In this document: in pieces, positions 50,824-62,047 of the stretch | Layout: every line of letters begins with the position of its first letter | How positions within the stretch are numbered: the stretch's first letter is position 1 | From: Vulcanimicrobiota bacterium | GTDB lineage: Bacteria; Vulcanimicrobiota; Vulcanimicrobiia; Vulcanimicrobiales; Vulcanimicrobiaceae | DNA length: 64,000 nucleotides | Assembly (NCBI GenBank): GCA_963756165.1 | Contig: CAVWMO010000004.1 | Location: 2,543 to 66,542, forward strand | Direction: 5' to 3' | Translations under genes and position numbers: made by a program | Notes under the pieces: model-generated | What the model was told of the DNA's origin: nothing | The model's input: only the letters and a program-made list of their open reading frames with translations | The model's database searches: none

Positions 50824-51126
50824 CGCTCGGCTCTTTCGCGTTGGAGCACGGAAGCGCCCGGCGAGAAGGGCCTCCCTTGCAGGTTATGACTAAGAGCATA
50901 TCGCCGCTTTGCGCCGCATGTGATATAGTGCCCGGGTCAGATTGAGCCCGCCAAAAAGGATAGCAGGCAGGCTCTCGAGTGTCTTGGCGTTTCCGTAGGA
51001 TCCATCGCCCAGCGGCCGCCTTGCGCCGCTTCCAAACAAACGCGACTCGCCGCTCATCGTTCGCTCCCTGCGTGGTGTGCAACGCAAACCTTAAGCGACG
51101 AGCCGGAACGAAAGGAACTTCAAGGG

Positions 51127-51810
51127 TTGATCGGACGCGTGATTTGCGCCACCGCCGCGGCTGCCGCGCTCTGCGGCTTCCCGGCTTACGCCGCACCGCT
51201 CGCGGGCGGCGCGGCAGCAGACGTTAAGTGGCATAAGGACGGCGTTCTCACTTGGCAACGCGCCGAGCAGCGCCCGATCGCGCCGCCGACGATCCACCGG
51301 CTGACCGCGACGCTCGACCCCGGCCTCACAAAGATCGTCGCCCGCGGCGCGCCGGGCGTCCGCGAAGTGGACGTCCGCTATGCCCAACGCGACGGCGGTC
51401 CGGTTCGCAGCATCGTCGTTTGGTCCAGGGTCATTCGAGCCGCTCGGCCGCGCATCGTCGCGGACGGAATCGGGTACTCGCCGCTGGCTGCGTTCGAAGC
51501 GCAGGGCGTCGCGCACATGGCGTTCCTGGCACGGGACGCGATATTGATGGTCGCGACGGCCTACACCGCGAGTTGCAGTGGCTGCGGCGGGATGACGGCG
51601 ATCGGCCGACGCGCCGGCCATGGAATCGTCGCCGTGGATCCGCGCGTCATTCCGCTCGGAACGCGGCTCTATATTCCCGGCTACGGCGCGGCGATCGCCG
51701 GCGACACCGGCGGGTCTATCGTCGGCCATCGCATCGACTTGGGATTCGATTCCTGGCGCGACGCCATGCTGTTCGGGCGGCGCGACGTCACGGTCTATCG
51801 CCTGAAGTAG
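51127..51810 (+). CDS. 3D-domain (MltA-like) cell-wall-associated protein with a signal peptide.
   Basis: TTG start. Reads ..MVATAYTASCSGCGGMTAIGRRAGHGIVAVDPRVIPLGTRLYIPGYGAAIAGDTGGSIVGHRIDLGFDS... Confidence 0.8.
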   Translation: MIGRVICATAAAAALCGFPAYAAPLAGGAAADVKWHKDGVLTWQRAEQRPIAPPTIHRLTATLDPGLTKIVARGAPGVREVDVRYAQRDGGPVRSIVVWSRVIRAARPRIVADGIGYSPLAAFEAQGVAHMAFLARDAILMVATAYTASCSGCGGMTAIGRRAGHGIVAVDPRVIPLGTRLYIPGYGAAIAGDTGGSIVGHRIDLGFDSWRDAMLFGRRDVTVYRLK

Positions 51811-51824
51811 CGTACAATGACGGG

Positions 51825-52655
51825 GTGCTCAGCCCCCGTAAACTCCTCGCGCAGGCGAAGCTACGCCCGCGCAAACGTTACGGACAAAACTTCCTCGTCA
51901 ACGCCTCCGCCGCGCGCCACGTCGCGCAGCTGAGCGCGGCCGGCGCCTCCCCGGGAGCGCGAACCATCGAGATCGGCGCCGGCACCGGCGCTCTCACGCT
52001 CGCGCTCCTCGAAGAGCACGCCGACGTCACCGCGCTCGAGATCGATTCCGAGCTCGTGGCGCTTCTGCGCTCTCGTCCCGAGCTCAGCGCGGCGAGGATC
52101 GTCGAAGCCGACGCGCTGACGTTCGACTACGGCGCGTGGTCGCGCGGCCATGCGTGGCGCGTCGCTGGAAATCTCCCCTACAATATCGCGACACCGCTCA
52201 TCCTGCGGCTCGTCGAAATGGGAGGTGGCCCGGAAATGCTCGTGGTCATGGTGCAAAAGGACGTTGCAGAACGGCTGATCGCATCGCCGGGAACGCCGGC
52301 CTACGGCAGCCTCTCCGTGGCCATTCAGTACGCGATGAAGGCGGAGCTCGCATTCACGCTGGCACCGCGCTCGTTCTTCCCGCCTCCCAAGGTGCAATCG
52401 AGCGTGGTACGGCTCGTACGGCGCGCGCAGCCTGCCGCACGGGTGCGCGATGTCGCGAAGTTCTGGAAGGTCGTACGGGGCGCGTTCGCGTACCGGCGCA
52501 AAACGCTCGTCAACAGTCTCGCGCTTTCGCTCGATCTCGATCGCGCGGCGATCGTGCGGGCGCTCGAGCTCAGCAACATCTCTCCGGAGCTACGCGGTGA
52601 ACGACTCGACCTCAGCGATTTCGCGCGACTGGCCGACGCGCTGGCCGAAGGATAG
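51825..52655 (+). CDS. rsmA: 16S rRNA (adenine1518/1519-N6)-dimethyltransferase RsmA/KsgA.
   Basis: Reads ..KRYGQNFLVN..IEIGAGTGALT..VAGNLPYNIATP... The GTG at 51825 is the first plausible start. The long ORF upstream of it is an artefact. Confidence 0.9.
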   Translation: MLSPRKLLAQAKLRPRKRYGQNFLVNASAARHVAQLSAAGASPGARTIEIGAGTGALTLALLEEHADVTALEIDSELVALLRSRPELSAARIVEADALTFDYGAWSRGHAWRVAGNLPYNIATPLILRLVEMGGGPEMLVVMVQKDVAERLIASPGTPAYGSLSVAIQYAMKAELAFTLAPRSFFPPPKVQSSVVRLVRRAQPAARVRDVAKFWKVVRGAFAYRRKTLVNSLALSLDLDRAAIVRALELSNISPELRGERLDLSDFARLADALAEG

Positions 52656-53340
52656 TTTCAAGAGCGTTTGGACCTGGCTGCTCGCCGGGTTCATCGCGTT
52701 TCTCTTTATCACTGCCTTCGTCGCCGGACTCAAAACGACTCGCGTGCCGTCGGTCGGCCCGCTCGAATTCGACGTGCTGCTCCTGGTCCAGTTCGTCATC
52801 GAAGGCGCCGTCGTGGCAGTACTGCTGGCGGCGCTCCCGGCGCTCTCCAAGTTCAGCCTGCGCGAGCTCGGCTTTCGGGTGCCGACCGCGGCGAACGTCG
52901 GAACCGGGCTGCTCGGAGCCGTCGGCATGGTCGTCGTGGCCAACGGCGGCGCGTCGCTCATCGACTATCTGCTGCATAGCCAGCACCAGCAAGACATCGT
53001 GCAGATCTTTCGGGGGCTGCACGATCCGACCACGATCGTTCTATTCGTAGCGTTCGCCGTGGTTTTTGCGCCGTTCGCGGAGGAGACGTTCTTCCGCGTC
53101 TTCTTCTTCAACCTCGGCCTTCGGTACGCCGGCTTCTGGGGAGGAGCAGTACTCAGCGGCGTGCTCTTCGGTATCGCGCACGGCGACGCATACGCGGCGG
53201 TGCCGCTGGCGCTGGGCGGCATCGTGCTGTGCGCCGTGTATTACCGCACGCGCAACGCGTGGACGTCGATGATCTCGCACGCTTTGTTCAACTCGCTGTC
53301 CATCGTCGCGCTGCTGTTCGTGCCGAAGATCACGCAATGA
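52597..53340 (+). CDS. CPBP-family intramembrane glutamic endopeptidase (CAAX protease-like).
   Basis: Motifs: APFAEETFFRVFFF, FGIAHG and SHALFNS. The nearest in-frame start before the first TM helix is the GTG at 52597, which overlaps rsmA. Confidence 0.75.
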   Translation: MNDSTSAISRDWPTRWPKDSFKSVWTWLLAGFIAFLFITAFVAGLKTTRVPSVGPLEFDVLLLVQFVIEGAVVAVLLAALPALSKFSLRELGFRVPTAANVGTGLLGAVGMVVVANGGASLIDYLLHSQHQQDIVQIFRGLHDPTTIVLFVAFAVVFAPFAEETFFRVFFFNLGLRYAGFWGGAVLSGVLFGIAHGDAYAAVPLALGGIVLCAVYYRTRNAWTSMISHALFNSLSIVALLFVPKITQ

Positions 53341-54421
53341 GCTCGCGGGCGGCGTCCACGACTGCCGCGGCCGCGATGCACCGCGTCTCGAGGTAGCATA
53401 GCCGGTGCGCGAGCGACGGCGGCTTCGTCGTCGTCGCCGGCCGCCGGTCGAACCCGCGCTCGCGTACGTGACGCCCAACGAGATGGATCGCGTTCGGGTT
53501 CGGCTCGTCGTACCAGTCGGGGTGGTGGGCAAGCCACAGTCCGATCGTCGGGACGTCGCCGCGGGCCATCGTCAAATGCAGCGGCCCCGCGGGAATGCCG
53601 ACAAAAAGGCCCGCGCGCGCCACCAGCGCCTTGTAGAGCCGCGCGAACGGCGCCGCCGCCGCGCCGAACAGCTCGCGAAATCCGGCGACGCCCTCTCCGA
53701 GCGCCTCGTCATCCATCGAGACGAATCGCCACCGAGGCGAGATGGCGCGCATCGCCGCGACAAACTCGCGCGCTTCCGATCCGTCACCCCAGTTCTTGCG
53801 CGAGGCAGTTACGCCGGCGCGCGAGATCACGCCGAGCCGCGTGCCGCGCGGCGCAAACTCCGCCAGGCGTTCGTGGACCATCCGGCGCTCGGCCGTCGGC
53901 GCGTCGAAGACGATCGAGTTCGCAAGCGGCCTCGACAAGTCGAACGCCGTCAGCCGCTCCGGACGCACCAGCAGGCGCGCAAGGTTGCGCGCCTTGGTGT
54001 GAAACGGATACGCCGTCCTGCCCTCCGTTTCGGGATAATCCGTCCAGAGCACGACGCCCGGCGCGAAATCCGTCACGGACTCGTCGAGCGGCGGCGCAAG
54101 CTCGAGCGTCGCGACGCGGCCATCGCATCGCTTCAAGCTCAGGCCGAGATGCGGTACTCCGATCTCGCTGCCATCGCCCGGCGCGCGCGTGCCGCTGGGT
54201 AGCGCGCGCACCAGCGCGTTGCCCTCCATCACGCTTACGTAGTCGTTGCCGAACCGCGTGATCGCATACGCGTTGGACGTCTCCAGCAGCGGCAGCACTG
54301 CGCCGAGATGAACCCAGTCGCCCAATCCATGTGGCCAGTAGATCAAGACGCGCTCGTCGCGCAGCGCGGCAAAGCGGCCGCGATCCTCGCGCATCGCGCG
54401 CACGCGCAGCGTCGCGCTCAT
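53330..54421 (-). CDS. Glycosyltransferase family 9-like (heptosyltransferase-like) protein.
   Basis: 363 aa, reading ..RVLIYWPHGLGDWVHLGAVLPLL.. and ..LFVGIPAGPLHLTMARGDVPTIGLW... The ATG overlaps the upstream stop (ATGA). Confidence 0.5.
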   Translation of the reverse strand: MSATLRVRAMREDRGRFAALRDERVLIYWPHGLGDWVHLGAVLPLLETSNAYAITRFGNDYVSVMEGNALVRALPSGTRAPGDGSEIGVPHLGLSLKRCDGRVATLELAPPLDESVTDFAPGVVLWTDYPETEGRTAYPFHTKARNLARLLVRPERLTAFDLSRPLANSIVFDAPTAERRMVHERLAEFAPRGTRLGVISRAGVTASRKNWGDGSEAREFVAAMRAISPRWRFVSMDDEALGEGVAGFRELFGAAAAPFARLYKALVARAGLFVGIPAGPLHLTMARGDVPTIGLWLAHHPDWYDEPNPNAIHLVGRHVRERGFDRRPATTTKPPSLAHRLCYLETRCIAAAAVVDAARELIA

Positions 54422-55650
54422 CGGCTCACCGGGACGCCGCCGCAGAGAGGCGACGGCATGCGACCGGCAAGGCTGCCGAAGAACGCCGCCGCGTCGGTGT
54501 CGTAGGCGGGGCAGCGCGGGAAGCGCGGATCGAAATGCGGATCGAGTCGCACGCGCGGATTGGCCGCCGCGACGGCCCAAACGCCCTCGTCGCCGCGCCG
54601 TAGCAGATCGGGCTGGTCGCCATCGCGTATCGCAAGCGCGCGCGCATAGGCGCTCCAGTCGACGACGTACGGCCAGCGGCCCGGGCGCAATTCCGTGTCG
54701 TTGAAGGCGAGCATCACGACCACCGCCGCCGCGATCATGTAGCGCGCGAAACGCGGGTGGCGCCGCACGCCGAACGCTGCCGCCAGCGCCGTTGCCGCCA
54801 GCAGCGACGCGGTGTAGTGCGACCCGACGCGGCTCGCTTCGTAGTTCCACGGGCGCATCAAGGTGATCTCGGCGAGCAGCGGCGCTCCCAGCAACAGCCA
54901 CCAGCCTACGGTGACGGGCGCGAACGCGAAGGGCGCGAGCAGCAGAAGCACCATCGATATCTTGCCGGTGGGATCGAATACCGCGAGCGAATACTGCGGC
55001 ACGTTGGGCGCCACGACCGACGCTCGCTCGACCAGCCAAAGACCCGTGCCGTTGCAGGTCGCTAGCGCAACCAGCGCGATGCCGGCGCGGCGGTCCCACC
55101 ACACAGCGCACGCGACCCCGAACCATAAGACGAACAGGATTTGATCTTCTTTCAAGCCTAGCAGCAGCTGCGCCACGATCAGCGCAGGCCAAAGAGCACG
55201 CCGCCGAACGAACAGCGCCGCACCGAACGCCAGCAGCGGCACGAAGACATTCTCCGAAAAATTATCGTAGCTCAGCCCCTGCGCCGATGGCGTCAGCAGA
55301 TAGGCGATGCCGATGACGTTAGCGGCTCGTTGGTCTAGCCCGATCTCGCGCGCGAACAGCACCAGCGGAATCGCCGCGAGCGCCACGGCTAGGACCTGCA
55401 CGACGATCAGCGTCTCCGCGCGCGGAAACAGCGCGACCACCGGAACGAGCGCCGCCAGCACCCAGGAGTCGTGCACCGCAAAGTGCGGCTTCCACTCACC
55501 GTAGTTCCACGAGGAGCCGTGACGCAGGTTCACCAGCGTCTGCAGAAAGGTCCCGAGATCGGCACCATACCGCAACGCGTACAGCTTGTTCAAATCCAAG
55601 CCGACATACACGACCGCAAAGACAGCTATCGCGATGAAGACTGCTCGCAC
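54418..55650 (-). CDS. Polytopic membrane protein, DUF2079-like (GT-C-like predicted glycosyltransferase).
   Basis: 410 aa with about 10 hydrophobic helices. The N-terminus reads ..YGADLGTFLQTLVNLRHG... Confidence 0.5.
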   Translation of the reverse strand: MRAVFIAIAVFAVVYVGLDLNKLYALRYGADLGTFLQTLVNLRHGSSWNYGEWKPHFAVHDSWVLAALVPVVALFPRAETLIVVQVLAVALAAIPLVLFAREIGLDQRAANVIGIAYLLTPSAQGLSYDNFSENVFVPLLAFGAALFVRRRALWPALIVAQLLLGLKEDQILFVLWFGVACAVWWDRRAGIALVALATCNGTGLWLVERASVVAPNVPQYSLAVFDPTGKISMVLLLLAPFAFAPVTVGWWLLLGAPLLAEITLMRPWNYEASRVGSHYTASLLAATALAAAFGVRRHPRFARYMIAAAVVVMLAFNDTELRPGRWPYVVDWSAYARALAIRDGDQPDLLRRGDEGVWAVAAANPRVRLDPHFDPRFPRCPAYDTDAAAFFGSLAGRMPSPLCGGVPVSR

Positions 55651-55690
55651 TTTGCTACTCTACTACATCGCGAAGTAGCGGCCCGCCCAA

Positions 55691-55833
55691 CATGGCGCTT
55701 CGGAACCGCTCGTCGCTCCGCCATCCAGGCTCCGCTCTTGCTGCCCCGCCGCCTCGCTCCCGCCGTCCATGGCGGAGCCTGTCCTGAGCGAAGTCGAAGG
55801 GCTCGGCGGTCGGGAGCTTCCTCAGCATCACGT
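55691..55833 (-). repeat. Dispersed intergenic repeat, copy B, carrying an extra segment of about 26 nt.
   Basis: Its reverse complement aligns with 46858-46975. The extra block CCTTCGACTTCGCTCAGGACAGGCTC lies at about 55776-55801. The spurious ORF 55655..55888 reads ..PFDFAQDRLRHG... Confidence 0.8.
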
Positions 55834-55844
55834 TGGGCGGACCG

Positions 55845-56921
55845 CTATTTCGCTGCCTTTTCTCGGTATACGCGGTCGACAATTTCACTTAGCCGTTCGA
55901 TGAATTGCTGCGGCGCGAATTTTTTGGCGTGAACGCGCAGGCGCTGCGAATCGAAGCGAGACGGATCGAATGTGCGCAGCACGGCGGCAAGCGATTCGGG
56001 CGTCGGCTCGTCGAAGAACACCCCGGTCTCGTTTTCCAGGATGGTCTCGAGCGCGCCGCCGCGCCGAAAGCCGATCGTCGGGCGGCCGGTCGCAGCCGCC
56101 TCGAGCGGGACGAGGCCGAAGTCTTCTTCACCCGGGACGATCGCGGCGCGCGCGTCGCCGTACAGCGCGTTGAGCTGCACGTCGGGAACGTATCCGAGGA
56201 GCGTCGTAGTCGTGCCGCGGGCGAGCGCGCGCAGCGCCTTCTCGGCGGGCCCAGTGCCGGCGACGAAGAGTTTGACGCCGGCGAGCGCGGCCGCGCGGAT
56301 CGCGAGATCGATGCGTTTGTACGGCAGCAGGCGCGAGGCCGCGATGAAGTAGTCGCCGGCGCCGCTCCCGATACTGAAGCGGTCGACGTCCACCGGGCAG
56401 TGCAGCACGTCGCTTTCGCGGCCATAGTATCGCGCGATGCGAGCGGCGACGTTCTGCGAGTTGGCGACGAATCGGGTCGGGCGCGTTGCGGCGGCTCGGT
56501 CCCATGCGATCAGCCGGTCCACTACCGGACGTGCGAGCGGCGTGCGCACGTACTCGTCGTACGCGAACGCGAAGCGGCTGACGGTGTTGATGTAGCAGAC
56601 GTGCACGGCTCCGGGCGGAACGACGACGCCCTTGGCCCAGGCGGTCGTCGAGCTTACGATCGCGTCGAAGCTCGAGAAGTCGAAGGACTCGAAGGCGCGT
56701 GGGTACAGCGGCGCGAGCGCGCGAAAGTAGCGGTTGGCGAGCGGGATCCGGGCGAGATAGGTGCGGCGGACGCGCGACGCGGGAAAGAGATCGCCGACGG
56801 CGCGCTCGTCGTACAGCGCGGTATAGATCGGCGCGTCCGGCCACGCGCGCGCGATCCAGGCGAAGACTCGCTCCGCGCCGCCACGCTGGTTCAAGTAATC
56901 ATGAACGAGCGCAACCTTCAG
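55845..56921 (-). CDS. Glycosyltransferase family 4 (GT-B), apparently with a CTG start.
   Basis: (L)KVALVHDYLNQRGGAERVF.. is the canonical GT4 N-terminus. Only CTG (56921) or the TTG at 56894 is available after the in-frame stop of the upstream gene. The C-terminus reads ..GEEDFGLVPLEAAATG... Confidence 0.8.
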   Translation of the reverse strand: MKVALVHDYLNQRGGAERVFAWIARAWPDAPIYTALYDERAVGDLFPASRVRRTYLARIPLANRYFRALAPLYPRAFESFDFSSFDAIVSSTTAWAKGVVVPPGAVHVCYINTVSRFAFAYDEYVRTPLARPVVDRLIAWDRAAATRPTRFVANSQNVAARIARYYGRESDVLHCPVDVDRFSIGSGAGDYFIAASRLLPYKRIDLAIRAAALAGVKLFVAGTGPAEKALRALARGTTTTLLGYVPDVQLNALYGDARAAIVPGEEDFGLVPLEAAATGRPTIGFRRGGALETILENETGVFFDEPTPESLAAVLRTFDPSRFDSQRLRVHAKKFAPQQFIERLSEIVDRVYREKAAK

Positions 56922-56930
56922 AGCGGGTCG

Positions 56931-58250
56931 CTAGTCCTGTAGGTTCGTGCCGCGGGGTAGAACGAGGGCGATCGTCGGGTTCCCCAGATAGGAACGAGCC
57001 ACGCGCTGTACGTCGTCGGGCGTCGTCGAAGATATCGCCGCCAGCGCCCGATTGATGAAGTCCGGGGAGGCGCTGCCGGTAGAGAAGACCGCCGCCAGCC
57101 ATGTGCGCGTTTCGAGCGTGGTCGCGTCGTTCGCGAAGTCGCCTGCGGCCTCGGCCTTGAACTCCTCGATGGAGCCCTGAAGGCGCGACGCGGCAAGCAC
57201 GCTGACGACCGAGAGTGCGGTTGCGAACGCGCGACTCGGATTGCCGATCAGACCGCCGTTGACGTACAGCACGAGCGTCGCGGGCGCCCGATCGTACGCG
57301 TAAACGGTGCCGACCGAGCGTGACGCGAAGGTCGGCGAAACGACTCCCGGCACCTGTGCGATGTCGGACAGAGTTCGCCGCACGAACGCCGCCAGCACGA
57401 GCATCGGCCCGAAGTCGCGGCTGTTGACGCTCGGAGCGGGATACTGCGCAATCAGCCAGGGCGACGCGATGTCGCGATGGGCTACGATCTCGCGCGTCGC
57501 TCCATTGAGCTGCGGAACGCGCACCGGAACGGGCAAGGTCGTCCCCGTGGGCAACGCGCCGGCGAGTGCGGCGAGCGACTGCGGCGCCAGGGCGTCGAGA
57601 CGACCGGCAGCGCTGACCACGGCGCCGCCGCGCCGATAGTACGCGCGGTAGAAAGAGCGCGCATCCTCGGAAAAGAACTGCGCGAGCGACGCGGGCGTGC
57701 CCAGTTCCGGCAGGCCGGCATTGGCCTCACGCGACGACGCCGCATTGAGCATGTCGATCCCGACCTGGAGCGCGACCAGTTGAACCTGCGCGATCTGCCG
57801 CACGAGCACGCTACGAGCGTCGCGAATCGTCGCGGGCGAAAAGTCCGGCGCCGCGAGCGCCGTGCGGAACAGGTCGAGGACCGCCGGCGCGTCTTCGGCC
57901 AGCGCTTCGACGTAGAAGCGCACGTCGCCCGGATCGATCGTGAAGCGTATGGAGCCGCCGCGCGCCGCGACGGCGTCTTCTATTGCGACGCCGTTGACCG
58001 GCGTTCGCACGATCGTTTCGGCGACGAGCGCAGCCAGGCCGTTCTGTCGCATGGTTTGCCGATCGAGCCCGGCTCGAACGATGAGCGTGACGCCAACGAG
58101 AGATGCGGCGGCATCGGACTGGCGCACGATCACGGTTCCGTCGGCATTTTCCACGCTCGGAGTTGGAATGGGGACCGCGGAGGCGCGGACAGCCGTAGGC
58201 AGCGCAATCGCGAGAGCCAGGGCGAGGCAAGGGGTAAGCAGAGATCTCAC
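56931..58250 (-). CDS. M16-family (pitrilysin-like) protein lacking the zinc-binding motif, secreted.
   Basis: 439 aa with a signal peptide. It has M16-like two-domain length and pattern, but GLAALVAETIV stands where G.aHxxEH is expected. Confidence 0.65.
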   Translation of the reverse strand: MRSLLTPCLALALAIALPTAVRASAVPIPTPSVENADGTVIVRQSDAAASLVGVTLIVRAGLDRQTMRQNGLAALVAETIVRTPVNGVAIEDAVAARGGSIRFTIDPGDVRFYVEALAEDAPAVLDLFRTALAAPDFSPATIRDARSVLVRQIAQVQLVALQVGIDMLNAASSREANAGLPELGTPASLAQFFSEDARSFYRAYYRRGGAVVSAAGRLDALAPQSLAALAGALPTGTTLPVPVRVPQLNGATREIVAHRDIASPWLIAQYPAPSVNSRDFGPMLVLAAFVRRTLSDIAQVPGVVSPTFASRSVGTVYAYDRAPATLVLYVNGGLIGNPSRAFATALSVVSVLAASRLQGSIEEFKAEAAGDFANDATTLETRTWLAAVFSTGSASPDFINRALAAISSTTPDDVQRVARSYLGNPTIALVLPRGTNLQD

Positions 58251-59550
58251 CGGGACGGTTCCTTCTGCGGCGTAGTCGCTACGAGGTCGACGATGACGGG
58301 GTTATGCAGATAGCGGCGGACGGTCTCCGCGACGTATTGGGGATCGAGAGCACGCGCCGCCTCTTCGTAGGCTCCGCTGGCGAGGCCCGGGGCGTAGTCC
58401 AGGTTGCCTTCGGTGGAGTACCAGCCGAGATTGTCCGCGCGCTGCTGCGGCGTCTGCGTGTCGGCGGCGACGTGGTAGAGAAACGCCTCCCGCGCCGCGC
58501 TGAACGTTTGCGCGTCCATCGGCTGCTGCAGCGCCTCCAGTGCTCCGAGCACGCTCTTCTCCGTCTGCTTCTCGTTGCTGCCGCCGATCGTGACCACCAT
58601 CACGCCGGGGTCGTGCAGCGTGATGAACTGGCCGACCACGAGGGCGTCGCTATCCGCGCGATCGAGCTGCCGCGTTACGACACCCGTCTCTTCCCGGAAG
58701 AGATAATCCGCAACGAAATCCAGGGCCGTCGCCGCTTTCTGATCCGCGATCGGCGGACCGATCCAGGCGAGTCCAACGCCGTCGACCGCGCCTGCCGCGG
58801 TCGTTGACGCGGGTGTTCCCTCGAGCCTCGAGTCGTAAGGATTGTCCATCGCCCCGACGCCGTTTCCGTCCGTCACGGCCGAGATGCTCGACGCATCGAC
58901 GTTGCCCGTTAGCGCGAGGATGGAGTTCTGCGCGCGGAATGCGCGCTTCGCAAAGGCATCCACCTGTGCGGTGGTGATGCTCGTGAGCTGCGACACAGTC
59001 GTCGGCAGCGGCGGATAGTGCGCCGGTCCGGTCGCGAAGATCTGTTTGAAGAGCAGATCGTGCAGCGTCGTATCGGATTCGTAGCGCTGCTGCACGCCGA
59101 GTACCGCGGCGTTAGCGCGCGCCGTCTTCACGCTCGCGTCATCGACCGACGGCGCAAAGTACGCCGCCGTCATCGCCGCGACGATTCGGCGCGAGGCGTA
59201 TGCCGGGACGACAGCACCAATTCCGATGATGTCCGGATATACCTCAATGTTGAGCTCGCCCCCGACCGTGTGCACGAGCGCATACAGCGACTTGCCGCTC
59301 GCGAGCGGCGCGACCGCCGCGGCCGTCGCCGCGAGGTTGGCTATGCCGGGCGTCGCGTCATCGTATCCCGCGGCCGGCGCTCGAAACCATAGACCGATCG
59401 CCGCGGTGCCGACGGTCGCATCGGGATACAGAACGTAGGAACCGCCGCGTGGCAGCGCGCCCGTCTGCCGGGCGATGGCCGCGCCGGCGGGAGTAGCGAA
59501 CGACGACGACGCTACGACGAGCATCGCGACGACGCACGCGGTTCGCGCGG

Positions 59551-59554
<4 letters not shown>
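58247..59554 (-). CDS. M16-family (pitrilysin-like) protein lacking the zinc-binding motif, secreted.
   Basis: 435 aa with a signal peptide. GIANLAATAAAV stands where HxxEH is expected. It has ATGA overlaps with ftsH upstream and the second M16-like gene downstream. Confidence 0.65.
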
Positions 59555-61470
<1,916 letters not shown>

Positions 61471-61477
61471 GTTGCGG

Positions 61478-62047
61478 TTAGACCAGTTGATCCTCTCGAA
61501 GCTCGGCGAGGTGAGGAAGATTACGGTACCATTCCTTGTAGTCCAAACCGTAACCTATAGCGAAGGCGTCTGGGACGGCGAGCCCGCGGTATTCTACGGG
61601 CAAGTCGACCTGTCGGCGCGCCGGCTTATCGAACAGCACACAGCTGCGCAGCGTCGCGGGCCGGCGCCGTTCTAGTAACGCTCGCAGGTACTCTAAAGTG
61701 AGGCCCGTGTCCACGATACCGTCCACGATCAGCAGGTTCGTACCCCGGATCGGCAGGCTGGCGTCCGCCTCGAGGCGCGCCCCGGCCCCGGCCGTTCCGG
61801 CCGTCCCGTAGCGTTGAACGAAGACGTAGTCGACCAGGATCTCGCTAGGCCCATCGGCTCTTCGGGCCAGCGCCCGCGCGAGGTCGGCAGTAAAGCACAG
61901 CGCCCCTTTCAACACGCCGAGCAGCAGGAGCGGTTGCCCCCGATAGTCCGCGGAGACGTTCGCGGCGAGGCGCTCGACCGCGGCCGCGATCGCGTCGGCT
62001 CCGAAGATGCGGCGCCCAATGCCAAGCCCGAGATCGAGCGCGGTCAC
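61478..62047 (-). CDS. hpt: Hypoxanthine phosphoribosyltransferase.
   Basis: The GTG at 62047 overlaps the tilS stop (GTGA). Reads ..LLLLGVLKGALCF..LLIVDGIVDTGLTL..FAIGYGLDY... Confidence 0.9.
   Translation of the reverse strand: MTALDLGLGIGRRIFGADAIAAAVERLAANVSADYRGQPLLLLGVLKGALCFTADLARALARRADGPSEILVDYVFVQRYGTAGTAGAGARLEADASLPIRGTNLLIVDGIVDTGLTLEYLRALLERRRPATLRSCVLFDKPARRQVDLPVEYRGLAVPDAFAIGYGLDYKEWYRNLPHLAELREDQLV

Noticed and set aside
50824-51126. A possible c-di-AMP (ydaO-type) riboswitch upstream of the 3D-domain wall-protein gene.
   Set aside because: The gene context is suggestive, but I could not find the conserved GGGGUGAAUC or CAGCUAACCUCG-type blocks on either strand. A covariance-model scan would be needed.
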